This document shows positions 47,801-58,000 of a DNA stretch of 64,000 bases, one piece after another. The stretch comes from Amoebophrya sp. A120. Lineage: Eukaryota > Protista > Dinoflagellata. The DNA lies in contig CAJINV010000001.1 of NCBI GenBank assembly GCA_905178155.1, positions 155,079 through 219,078 of the forward strand. The letters are read 5' to 3'. The translations under genes were made by a program, and so were the position numbers. The stretch's first letter is position 1. The number at the start of each line of letters is the position of its first letter. The notes under the pieces are model-generated. The model had not been told where the DNA came from. It saw only the letters and a program-made list of their open reading frames with translations, and did not search any database.

Positions 47801-50071
47801 TGTCTGTGATGCATGCCCTGGCATGACAGATTTTGTGAGGGGTTCCTCATGCCTACACCGCATGACAAATGCTCTTTCCGTGTAGCAAAACTTGGACTCT
47901 CTCTGCTGCTCATGCAATACAGATTTTTTTAGGATCCAAAATCAGCATGACAAGTTGGATTCTTCCAGACCCAGACATTTTTACAATTGATAAGTTGCCG
48001 TACGAGTAGGTCGTCAACTTTCGCAATATCGAACAAAAAAGTGTTAACGTTAACGGTTTTCTTTTCATTTCTTAGATGGCAGTTATGCATTACAAATTTT
48101 GCCTTCCATGCATGTTACGCAATACAAATTTGGGCACCTTTTCTGATGCGTTACTGCATCACAAATTCCGTTATACGTTAACGCTTTTTCTTGTGATACG
48201 CAACGCCGCCCGTTCCTCCTCGTCGAGTTCGTCCACCTCCTGCAGCATGCGCTGGCGGCCGCCGCGGGCTTGCAACATGGCTTTGATCGGCTGCACCGGG
48301 CAGGTGGTCGAGGTGTAGCCCGCCGCTGCATCCGGGGCTGTGCAGTCCGCTTGGACGGACGCGTCGCGGATGTCCTCGTGTACGACCTTCATCAGCAGAG
48401 AGCCCATGTATCCGCTCATGAAGGTGCGAACGGGAAAATTGGAAAGCGCGAGCCGGGTGGGGCCGTCCCAAACGCCCACCAGCGGCGCGGCGGTGTAATT
48501 CAGCATGGCGCCGAAGTGCCGCGGGTCGTTCGTGGAGCAGGACAGCTCGCCCAGAAGTGGATTGGCCAAACCGATCGTGGACAGCCAGCTGTCGGTGGCA
48601 CACCAATATTGGTGGTCCATCTGGTCCGAAGGCACCCCTTCCTGGGTCGTCGACTGGAGACAGGCAGCTTGACTGGTCACCTGGCCGTCCGCCTCAGTGA
48701 CTAAGTCCATGCATCCGGACAACGGATCCGCACGGCAGTAGGGAATGGTGCGGACCTAAGAAGGTAGGGGAGGCAATAAAGCTGGTTGGATATCATAATC
48801 ATTTATCATTTCTTTTCCTCGTTCAGCGTTCGGGCTCGTCGCCTCGTCCTTTATTACCATCCATAATGATGGGTCGTCGAGAAAACAAGCAAGTAAAAAT
48901 GTGGTGCGAACTAAATTGTCTATTTCAAGTACGTACTTACCCCGTAGGCTGCGGTCATTCTTGCAGTGTTGCAAACGTCCGCTGCAGCAACGGTGCCGGC
49001 ATCCGCGCACTGGCACCCGCGCTTCAGCGCAGAGCTCACGTAGACACTGCCGGAGTACTTGCACACCGGGTGGATGTGTTCTCCCTTGTAGGTGCCGCAA
49101 GCGGCCCGGTGCCACTGCGAGGTGGTCTTGTAGTCCATCTTCGTGTTGAAGGGGCAGAAGTCGGGCCGCCACGCGTTGCCCTTTTTGGTCCTCCGGGTCT
49201 GCACGTACTGCTCAAAGTTCCAGAGTTCCTGCAACGCGGGGGTCTCGCACAGCCCGGCGTTGGTGCCCGTGGGCTTGTTGCGCATCCGGAACAGGAAGGC
49301 GAACGCGTCGCCGTCGGACTTCCCGGTTTTGAGATTTTTCTTCAGGCACTGCGTTTCGTAGTCTTTCACGCCGTAATCGCGCCCCTTCCACGTGTCGTCC
49401 CCGATGGCTTCTTTATACGAGATCCGGCCCCCGGTGATTTGCTGCTTGATCGTGTCGTACTTCTTGCTGGTGTCCGACTCGCTGGGCGAAAACACATCGT
49501 AATCGCCGCGAAAGACGAAGCCCTTGCCGATCTGCGTGGGGCCGCGCTGGCCGTCGCCGAGCGCGATGAAGAAGGGGATCGCGAAGAGCAGCGGGATAAG
49601 ACACCCCAGCGAGATGCAAAGCACCGGAAACTGCACCGCCATGCGCCCGTAGGCGCGGCCGACTTTCAGCGCGGCGCTGTCAATCGCCGCGCCGACCAGG
49701 GACAGGGGGTCGTCCGCCACCTCGGGTGGAGCGGGCATTTCGCCCATTACTTGCTCCTTTTCGGGTGCTACTGGTTCCGCCATCTTGTTGCTGTTGGCTT
49801 CCTCTAGTTGAACGTTTACAACCTCGACACCACCAGCACCAGTCGGGCCACTTGCTTCGCCTTCAGCACTTCCTTCTGCACCAGGTGTAGGACCTCCTTC
49901 TTGGTTCCCCGCTTGTGGATCTTGTTCTTGATTCACCTGTTCTTCTTGCCCGGAACTGTTATTTTCGTCTTGGTTTTGCCCGCCTGGGGCAGCTTGGGGC
50001 GATTCTGGTGCCAATGCGTCAGAAGTCAAACCTGCTCCTTGAAGCTCTTGGTCGGTAGTTGCGGAAGACAT
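41826..50071 (-). CDS. Patched/NPC1-like (RND, sterol-sensing domain) membrane protein, 13 exons
   Basis: Two hydrophobic TM bundles with the motifs LAIVVDYDIILV and ALGFEIEYSIHIVHAF..VQDMGLTVFTAFLST, separated by large luminal loops. The junctions checked rejoin in frame (SHM-SPTH, PQS-DISQ, TLF-TGTS, AYG-VRTI). Confidence 0.85.
41938..42235. mobile_element. Introner family C
   Basis: Perfect DR AGCCC. Confidence 0.85.
43023..43187. mobile_element. Introner family B
   Basis: DR GACAT/GGCAT; IR AGTATCGTACTCGT / ACGAGTACGATACT. Confidence 0.85.
43484..43737. mobile_element. Introner family A
   Basis: Perfect DR GACTG. Confidence 0.9.
43942..44215. mobile_element. Introner family C
   Basis: Perfect DR TGAGG. 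Confidence 0.85.
44296..44558. mobile_element. Introner family A, inverted relative to 43484-43737
   Basis: Perfect DR TGAAG; interior is the reverse complement of the 43484 copy. Confidence 0.9.
45182..45344. mobile_element. Introner family B
   Basis: Perfect DR TCGTC. Confidence 0.85.
45749..46005. mobile_element. Introner family A
   Basis: Perfect DR TCGCG, ~30-bp IR. Confidence 0.9.
46425..46664. mobile_element. Introner family C
   Basis: Perfect DR ACTCG. Confidence 0.85.
46703..46876. mobile_element. Introner family D
   Basis: DR GGTGG/GGCGG. Confidence 0.85.
47731..47992. mobile_element. Introner family A
   Basis: Perfect DR AGTTG. Confidence 0.9.
48027..48198. mobile_element. Introner (TATC..ACAAAAAAG.GTTAACGT ends)
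   Basis: Perfect DR CGCAA. Confidence 0.85.
48756..48940 (-). other. Canonical GT-AG intron
   Basis: GTAAGT...TTCTTAG, no IR, in-frame join AYG-VRTIPY. Confidence 0.85.
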
Positions 50072-50625
50072 TTAAGTCAGAGAAGTCCTGCACATCCTGG
50101 GTGCAAGACAAAAATGAGGGTTTTGATTTTTGAATATTGATTTTTGATTTGATTACACAAAGAAAATAAATTCGTGTTGCCACACACGAAAACACAAAAA
50201 GAAAAACTTGAACGATACTTCACTTGGATCTTCCAAAAGGTAACATCAACTTCTTGTCCGGTTAGGTGAGGGGGCAATACTTAGTGGAGGGGAGCTACTA
50301 GTGGCTGGTGGAGGTCGTCGTCGACGTCGTGCAGCTACTTACTTAATATACTTACTGCTAGTAGTGCTAGGGGACGAGAGAACGGGGAATGGGTGGGTGA
50401 TAGACGAAGAACGGTTGTACTTCCTTGAATTGGGGTTGGGTAGCTTTTTATTTTTCGTATTGTTACTAGCCTCTTGACGCGGGCGTCCAGGACGCCCGCT
50501 GGGCTAGTAGATTTAAAAATAATTCTAAAGGTGGTTATGTGTTTAGAAGGTTTGGCGTGGGGTCGAGTAGAATGCGGCTAGAAGGTTGAAAAATATATAT
50601 AACGCTGCCTGTCCCGAGGAAGATC

Positions 50626-50819
50626 GTTGCCGCGCCTGCGCTTGCCCTAGCGGCCTCGCCGCTTTAACGCCTTTTGCGGTCCGGCGTCCAGGACACCGGC
50701 CCGCCGTCAGCCCTTTAGCCGCGTTGCCGCGCCTGCGCTTGCCCTAGCGGCATCGCCGCTTTAACGCCTTTTGCGGTCCGGCGTCCAGGACGCCGGCCCG
50801 CCGTCAGCCCTTTAGCCGC
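50626..50819. repeat. 97-bp tandem duplication
   Basis: 50626-50722 and 50723-50819 are nearly identical. Confidence 0.9.
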
Positions 50820-51019
50820 ACGCGGCAAGCAAAGCGAAGGGGGCCGGTTGCGAAGCTTATTCTGGGGCGGCTTCGGCGGCCGGCGCAAAGAAAGCCCCCG
50901 CCCCTGGATGGGGATGAGACTCACGCTTCCGGGGGCTTGTTCGCGCGGTTTTGCCTCGCGCCCCCCCGCCCATGCCATGCACCAGAAGCCGAGAGGCAAA
51001 AGCGTGCCCGGCCGAAACG

Positions 51020-53629
51020 AAAGAGGTGGCAAAAGGTGACTGCCTGGAAGCTCTTGGCCATCACTCTTGCTCGGTTGCCCGACCGGAAAGTGATGAGCAA
51101 AAGTGATGGCCATGGAGCACTTGGCAAATACTTTTGCGCGACCCGACCCGAAAGCGGTGGCCGCGGAGCTCTTGGCCAACACTTTTGCCCGCGCGGGAAG
51201 AAAGAAAGTGGCTGAGTGATGGCCGAAAATGACGGCCAGGGAGCTCTTGGCCATCACTTTCGCCCGACCGTGCCGGAAGGCGATGGCCAAAAGCGATGGC
51301 CCGCGCAGGGAGCTCTTGGCCACCACTTTTGCCCGCCCGGAACGAAAGTGATGGCCAACGAGCGAAAGTCGATGGCTGGCCACGGAGCTCTCGGCCATCA
51401 TTTTTGCCCGACCGGAAATGGATGAGCAGGGAGCTCATGGTCATCATTTTTGCCCGACCGGAAAGCGATGGCCGGAAGTGATGGCCGAGGACTTTCGCAT
51501 GCCCGGGCGAAAAGCGGTGGCAGCGGAACTACTGGCCAACACTTTTGCCCGACAGGAAAGGAAGCGCTGGGCAAAAGTAATGGCCAAGGAAAGAGCCCTT
51601 GGCCACCACTTTTGCCCATCCGGAAAGTGATGGGCAAAAGTTAAAGCGATGGCCAAGGAGTTGTCGCCATTGTTTTTCTTTGCCCGGCCGAAAAGTGATG
51701 GCCAGGGAGCTTCTGGCCATCACTTTTGCCCGACCGGAAAGCGATGGCAAAAAGTGGTGGCCGCGGAGTTCTTGGCCACCACCCTTGCCCGACCGGAAAG
51801 CGATAGCCACAATCGCTTTCGCTCGAGCGAAACAAAAGCGATGGCCGCGAGGCTCTTGGCCAGCCATCACCTTTGCCCGGCCGAGAGGCGATCGATGGCC
51901 ACTTTGACGGCCAGGGAGCTCTTGGCCATCATGTGTGCCCGGCCGAAAGGCGACGCCCGAGGAGTTCTTCGCCATCAATTTTGCCAGGCCGGAAAGCGAT
52001 GGGTGGCCAGGGAGCTCTTGGCCATCCCTTTTGCCCGACAGGAAAGCGATTGCCAGCCAAAAGTGATCGGAGGCCAGGGAGGTCTTGGCCATTACTTTGG
52101 CCCGAGCGAAAAGTGGCCACTTTTGCCCGAACGGAAAGCGATGCATGCCCCAGCAGCTCCTGGCCATCATTTTCGCCCGACTCCTGGCCACCACTTTTGC
52201 CCGGCCGGAAAGTGATGGCCAAAAGTTTCACTTTTGCCCGACCGGAGGTGGTGGCCAAGGAGCCCGTCGCCGCCCGTCACTTTTGCCAGCCCAGCCCGGC
52301 CGGGCAAGGTACGGAGCTTTTGGCCATCACTTTTGGCCGCCCGGAAACTGGTGGCAAAAAATGATCGCCGCGGAGTTCTTGGCCACCATTTTTGCCCGCC
52401 CCGGCCGGAAAGCGATGGCCAAAAGTTATTGCCAAGGAGCCCCGGGCCATCACTTTTGTCCGTCCCGAAAGTGCTCTTGGCCTCCACTTTGTTTTGCTCG
52501 GCGGGCCCACCGGAAAGTGGGGGCCAAGCTCTTGGCCACCACTTTTGCCCGGGCGGCCGGAAAGTGATGGCCAAAAGTTAGTTTCAACTTTGCTCGACCG
52601 GAGGTGATGGCCAAGGAGCCCTTCGCCGTCACTTTTGCCCCGCCCGGCTGGGCTAGGAGCTTCTGACCATCGCTTTTGCCCGCCCGGAAAGTGGTGGCCA
52701 AACGTGATCGCTGCGAAGTTCTTGGCCACAACTTTTGCTCGGCCGGAAAATGATGGCCGGGGAGCTCTTGTCCATCACTTTTGCCCGGGCGAAAAGCGAT
52801 GGCCAAAAGTGATGGCCAAGCAGCTCTCGGCCACCACTTTTGCCCGATCGGAAAGTGATGGCCAAGGAGCTTTCGCCCCTCACTTTTGCCCGACCGGAAG
52901 CAAAGCGATGGCCGCCAAAAGTAGTGGCCGAGGAGCTGCTGTTGGGTGGCCATCACCTTGCTCGCCCGGGCGGAAGGTCATGGATGGCCAAGGAACTCCT
53001 GGCCGCCATTTTTGCCGGGGGGGACAGGAAGTAACGTTTGCTCGACCGGAAAGCGATGGCCAGGGGGCTCCTGGCCCTCACTCTTGCCCGGCCGGAAGGT
53101 GATGGCCAAGCAACCAAGGAGCTCGCAGCCCTCACTTTTGCCCGAAAGAAAAGTGGCGGCCAAGGGGCTCCTGGCCGCGCCGTCACTTTTGGTTGCCCGA
53201 AGGGAAATTGATGGCCAAGGGGCTCCCTGCCGTTACTTTTGCCCGACCGGAGAGTGATGTCCAAAAGCGGCGCCCATCCAAGGAGCTCTTCTTGGCCACC
53301 AATTTTGCCTGAGCGAGCGAAAATTGATGGCCATGGAACTCTTGGCCAGCCATCACATTTGCCCGATCGGGAAGTGATGGCCCAGGGGAGGCTTTTGGCC
53401 ATCGCTTTGGCCCGGCGGGCCGGAAAATGGTGGCCCAGGAGGAGCGCCTGCCTATTACTTTTGCTGGACCCGACCGGCAAAGTGATGGCCAAAAATGATG
53501 GTCAAGGGGCTCGCGGCCGTCACTTTTGCGCCGCCCGTCCGCGAAGTGATGGCCAAGGACCCCTGGGCCATCGCTTTGCCCGGCGACCGGAAACGATGGC
53601 CCACCCAGGAGGCGCTCTTGGCCACCACT
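51020..53629. repeat. Degenerate minisatellite of ~40-60-bp hairpin units
   Basis: Recurrent GAGCTCTTGGCCAYCACTTTTGCCCGACCGGAAAGTGATGGCC. Confidence 0.95.
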
Positions 53630-55036
53630 TAGACGAAGAACGGTTGTACTTCCTTGAATTGGGGTTGGGTAGCTTTTTATTTTTCGTATTGTTATGCTAT
53701 ACTGTTACTGTACTACAATCAACGAAGGGACGAACGTTCCCAACACTTGCTGATTGATATTTTGGACCGGTGCCTGTGATAAGACACTTCTGCTGGATTC
53801 CTCGATATCGATAAAGGTATAAGCTGTAGCTGATCTAACTATCGTTCCATAACGATAGAAGTAGAAGGCCACTGAAGAGTAGAGTCCACTACTAGTAGAG
53901 ACGGAAAATTATATTACGACTATTGTACAGGTGCAGTCTGCACGAAGCAGACTTGGAAAATAAGAGGAAAATGTAATATTATACACGCTACTACGCATCC
54001 ACCTGGGAGCGATAGTAGGGGAAAATCGGCCTGTTCGAAGCGATTTGCGATAAGAAGTGATGGCTTTCTCAGTTGGAGACGAGACACGAAGGGTCATCTT
54101 CGACATAATATCAACACCAGCATCTTCTGCGACCGCTTCTTGTACTATCTATTTGCTACGAGACCACGAGCACAGCTAGACTGCATTCCTCTCAACGACA
54201 GGCCGCGATTTTTCGATGTACTGTCGACCGAGTGCCTGTGCCCACGAATTTTCATACCTACGATATCGAGCTTGCTTCGTACTTTTCTTTTCTGTCAAGT
54301 TCAGCGACAGGCGAAGGCGATGGGAAGTTGCGTTTTATTGTTGCATAAGCTGCTTAAAAGCTCTTTTATGTTTATCCGAAACTTGATGTCCGAAAGAACC
54401 GAAAGCTGAAATTTCCGTCAGACTGGGTACCGCGCTCTATTGGCGTGCGCGTGGACATACAAAGGCAGCCGAGTAAAATCTTGTGACCGTGAGACGCTTG
54501 TTTCTGTTCTCGATTCGATTCACAGCTTCAGGCTGTAGAACACAACTAGGGGACCACAACTAAGCTGGAAGCCCGCAAGAGCTATCACGACCAGTTCTCG
54601 TCGTGTGTGATACGAGTACGAGTTGAACTGATGTAGATTACTACTTTAACTTTTACGCTGCTACTATCTTTTCAGAACTGCACTGCTTGTTTCAAGAGCA
54701 CAAGCAAAGTGATTCTCGTCCAGTGAGAAGTTTGGCTGAGTTCTAAACGACTTCTACCAGTTGCAAAATTTAGTGTACGTTCACGTAACTCCCGAATATG
54801 AGCTGTCTACTATGCGCAACATGGCTCGCTATCGCTATGTTTGTTTTTTCCTCGGTGTCAACAACATCTTTATGTGTGGCGCAACATCAGCGCAAGACCA
54901 AGTTCGAAGGGATCGTGTCACCATTGTAGTAGATGCAACTGGAACTGTACCAGGAGATTTGTGTAAGTATAGCACGAGCAGCTCCAGACATCAAGTTGCA
55001 AACTGTATTCCACCGTGTAGGAAACATGTTCGACGT

Positions 55037-58000
55037 TCAGATGTAGATTTGCGCGGCCCGGTCTGCCAGTGCGGCAACGGCGCTCGTCGTGCGGCCTTCG
55101 TCTTGTTCTTGAGCTGATTTCATTCTGTTCAACCGTTCCATTTCGGCGAGCGCTGCAGCCTTTACCGTGGTCCGCGCGTTGCGCTCTTTGCCCATAACAA
55201 CGGCTTCTTTCTGCGAGATCCAGCGGTGCAGTTCTTCGTGGTGTGCTGGTTCTTCTTTGCCAACCTGATGGCTGGTGGTGTACGAGCCGCCCTTGATGAT
55301 GTCGCCTGCAAGAACTTGTTTCGGGATGCGAAAGTGGTCACCGGCCTCGGCGACGATCCGAGCCTTCCACTCGTCGGACCATTCGTTGTTGCCCACACCA
55401 CTTCATTCAGTGCAAAAGTACTACCGCACTCGTTCTCGTAGTAATTGCAGGCGTGCATCTGCATGACTTGACAAAGCTCGCTTCGTAGGTCAATGAGCAA
55501 TACAGACTCCATTTTTCTAGGTGAAAAATCTTGCAATGCAATTTCTACCAATACGATAGTTTTTCTATGCATAAACTGCCCTGAACCACGTCCGCCACTG
55601 GGCCCCCCATGTCGCTGCCGCCGTGATCGTGCCCCGCCTGCGCGGGAAGCACCTGATGTACCAGTAATACCGTATGATTGTCATGATCATGAATGACTGT
55701 ATTGGACACAGTGCCATTCTCCTTCTTTTCAACATCGATGATACTGATAGGCTCTCTTCATCAGCACGGACACGGTTTGTTCCATGTACAGTACTATCGT
55801 TCCCGCTCCTAGGCTTTTTATGCAGACTACTACAAAACTGAAATTGAAGAGAAGACCTCACCATAAAACAATGAAAACACAAAGTACTACATGGCGATAC
55901 ACATACGTTACCTTCACCCCGTCCCTGTAGGTGACCGTCAAGTAGACCCAGAGTTTTCATGCAAGAAAAAAAACTTTTGTGGCGGTAGTCCCATGTATAT
56001 CGAATAAATTTCTCATGCGCCACTATCTTTAGTGTGTATGGTTGTCCCTGATGAGAAGAGTAAGAGACCACTCTGATTGACTATTTCATCCTGCGTGGCC
56101 ATACGCGTCAGCGTGACTGTGTTGCATGTTCCGCTTTAAAAATATGCATATGGCTCTTATTCAGATTAAAAACGATCGTCTACAAAGTTTCTCCTGGATA
56201 GTTCCTGCCAGCGCTTTACCGTCATCATCGTCATGCCCGTGGACTCCGCGGACAGAAACGCACTCCGCGCGTTTCTATTTTTCATGCCCAGCGCCTGCTT
56301 CTCGATGATCCTTTGCAGTTCGAAGTGGGCGGCCTCCAGCGTTTGGACCTCCTTCGACACGATGGGCGCCAGAATGTCCCACTGTGCGAAAATATGCTCT
56401 GCAAAAGTATCACATTCGTTTTCGTACTAATTGCACATGATAAATCTTGTTTTATCTTACCCGAAGCTGCACCTGCATTTGCAAATTCTAATTCCATCTT
56501 TCTTTCTGAAAAACTTGGTTGTAAAAATGCAACTTATACGAGTACGATGCAATATGCTTTTGCAATTCATAGTACACCCGGTTGGCGACCAGCTGGTTGA
56601 GCCAGAACAGGCTGGTGAAGGAAAAAGTGTTAATATCCGACGAGGACGGGGTATCCAATGCAGCTTGTCCTGTACTACTAGTTGTTTCCTCGTCAGCAAC
56701 ATCCTCTTCAAAGCACCGGTCCTCGGTTCTGGCCAACACGCGCCGTTTCTGCTCCTCGAAAGTCAATTCTTCGCTTATTTCATCTTCCAGGACCGGTTCG
56801 AGTGTCATTTTATCTCCTCCTTTCTTCGCATTCGCAGTTGTCGGGAGCAAAATGCTGGCGGTAGTTCTTTTCGAGGAAAGTGCGTTTTTAATATTTTGTG
56901 ATGCCGCCACGCCAGTGGCTGTTTTCGATGTCCTCGTGCACGGTTTCTTCTTGTTCCTATTTGTATTTCCTCCTTCACTTTCCCCGCCCGACAGCCCCGG
57001 GTTTTCCAGCGCTTTTGGCACGGTTGCGAATGCGTAAAACGGGATGTGCACGGAAAACCGCGTGTCGTCAACGCCAAACCAGAAAACCCCGCCGACCTCG
57101 TTCGGCAGCCAGTGCCGCATTTCCGCGACAAAGTGCCACGCGGTTTGCTGCGTCCCGATAGACCGCTCGTTGGCGTAGGATTCGCCGGAGTAGTATGAAG
57201 ATGAATAAAAGCCTCCCTTGCTCCCTATAACCGAAACAAACTGCTGAATTTGCATAAGTACACAGCTCTGTAGTTTTGCAGTCACGGATTGCAGCCAGAT
57301 GGTGCAGATCGTTGGCCTGTCTCAGGGTCAGGGCATGTGCGTCTTCTAGTTGTATATTTAGAATAGCACATGCCTGCGCCAGCCTGTTCTGTACTTAGCT
57401 GGTGCACCAGCTGCAGCATGAGTAGAAGTAGTAGTAGAAAAAGAAATCGCTGGCATTATAACGATTTGCGGCGACAAATGAAACGTGGTTGCAACAGTTT
57501 TTCTTTTCAAAATTGTATACAAGAAGGAGGTACGCTTTTTCCTCAGGAGATACGTAAGACCAGGACAACGGCCGATCGCGGTAGTTTGCGCGCCATGGGC
57601 CCATACCGACGTCAGAATTCATCTTCAGAGCGGAATCCTCGAAGCTGTTTCGCATTCCAAGCATCAGGTCCTTGGCGGCGAGCTGTAAAATGGATTGGAA
57701 TCGGAAGACCATGACTCGGTGACGCCGGACTTCTGGTTGTTCTGCCCTTAATTCATTGCATTCTAATTTCACGTGTTGCCTAGGCCTACTTACAACTTTT
57801 TGCACAGCATCATTCCACCTTCAATACCTTCTTTTTCACCGGGACGGAGAGCGGCATGCGCGTAGTCGCGCTCGTGATGTTTGCACCGAGCACGTACTTC
57901 TCATACTTCTTTTCGAAATCCGGAATGCTTGTCACCCGGCTGAAGAAGGACCAAACCCGTGCGTCCGACCAGCGGGCGCCAGTGAAGCTGATGGGATCGT

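Larger units (their letters stand above)
50466..53629 (-). mobile_element. 3.16-kb insertion flanked by an exact 65-bp direct repeat; Helitron-like hairpin and CTAG end
   Basis: 50401-50465 is identical to 53630-53694. The end has the hairpin GCGGGCGTCC-N-GGACGCCCGC and CTAG at 50466-50469. Confidence 0.75.

Noticed and set aside
51020-53629. CRISPR-like array
   Set aside because: Units are degenerate, there are no unique constant-length spacers, no cas genes are present and the context is eukaryotic.
50715-53757. Many repetitive ORFs (MAK.. / WPR.. peptides)
   Set aside because: They arise in all six frames from the palindromic satellite.
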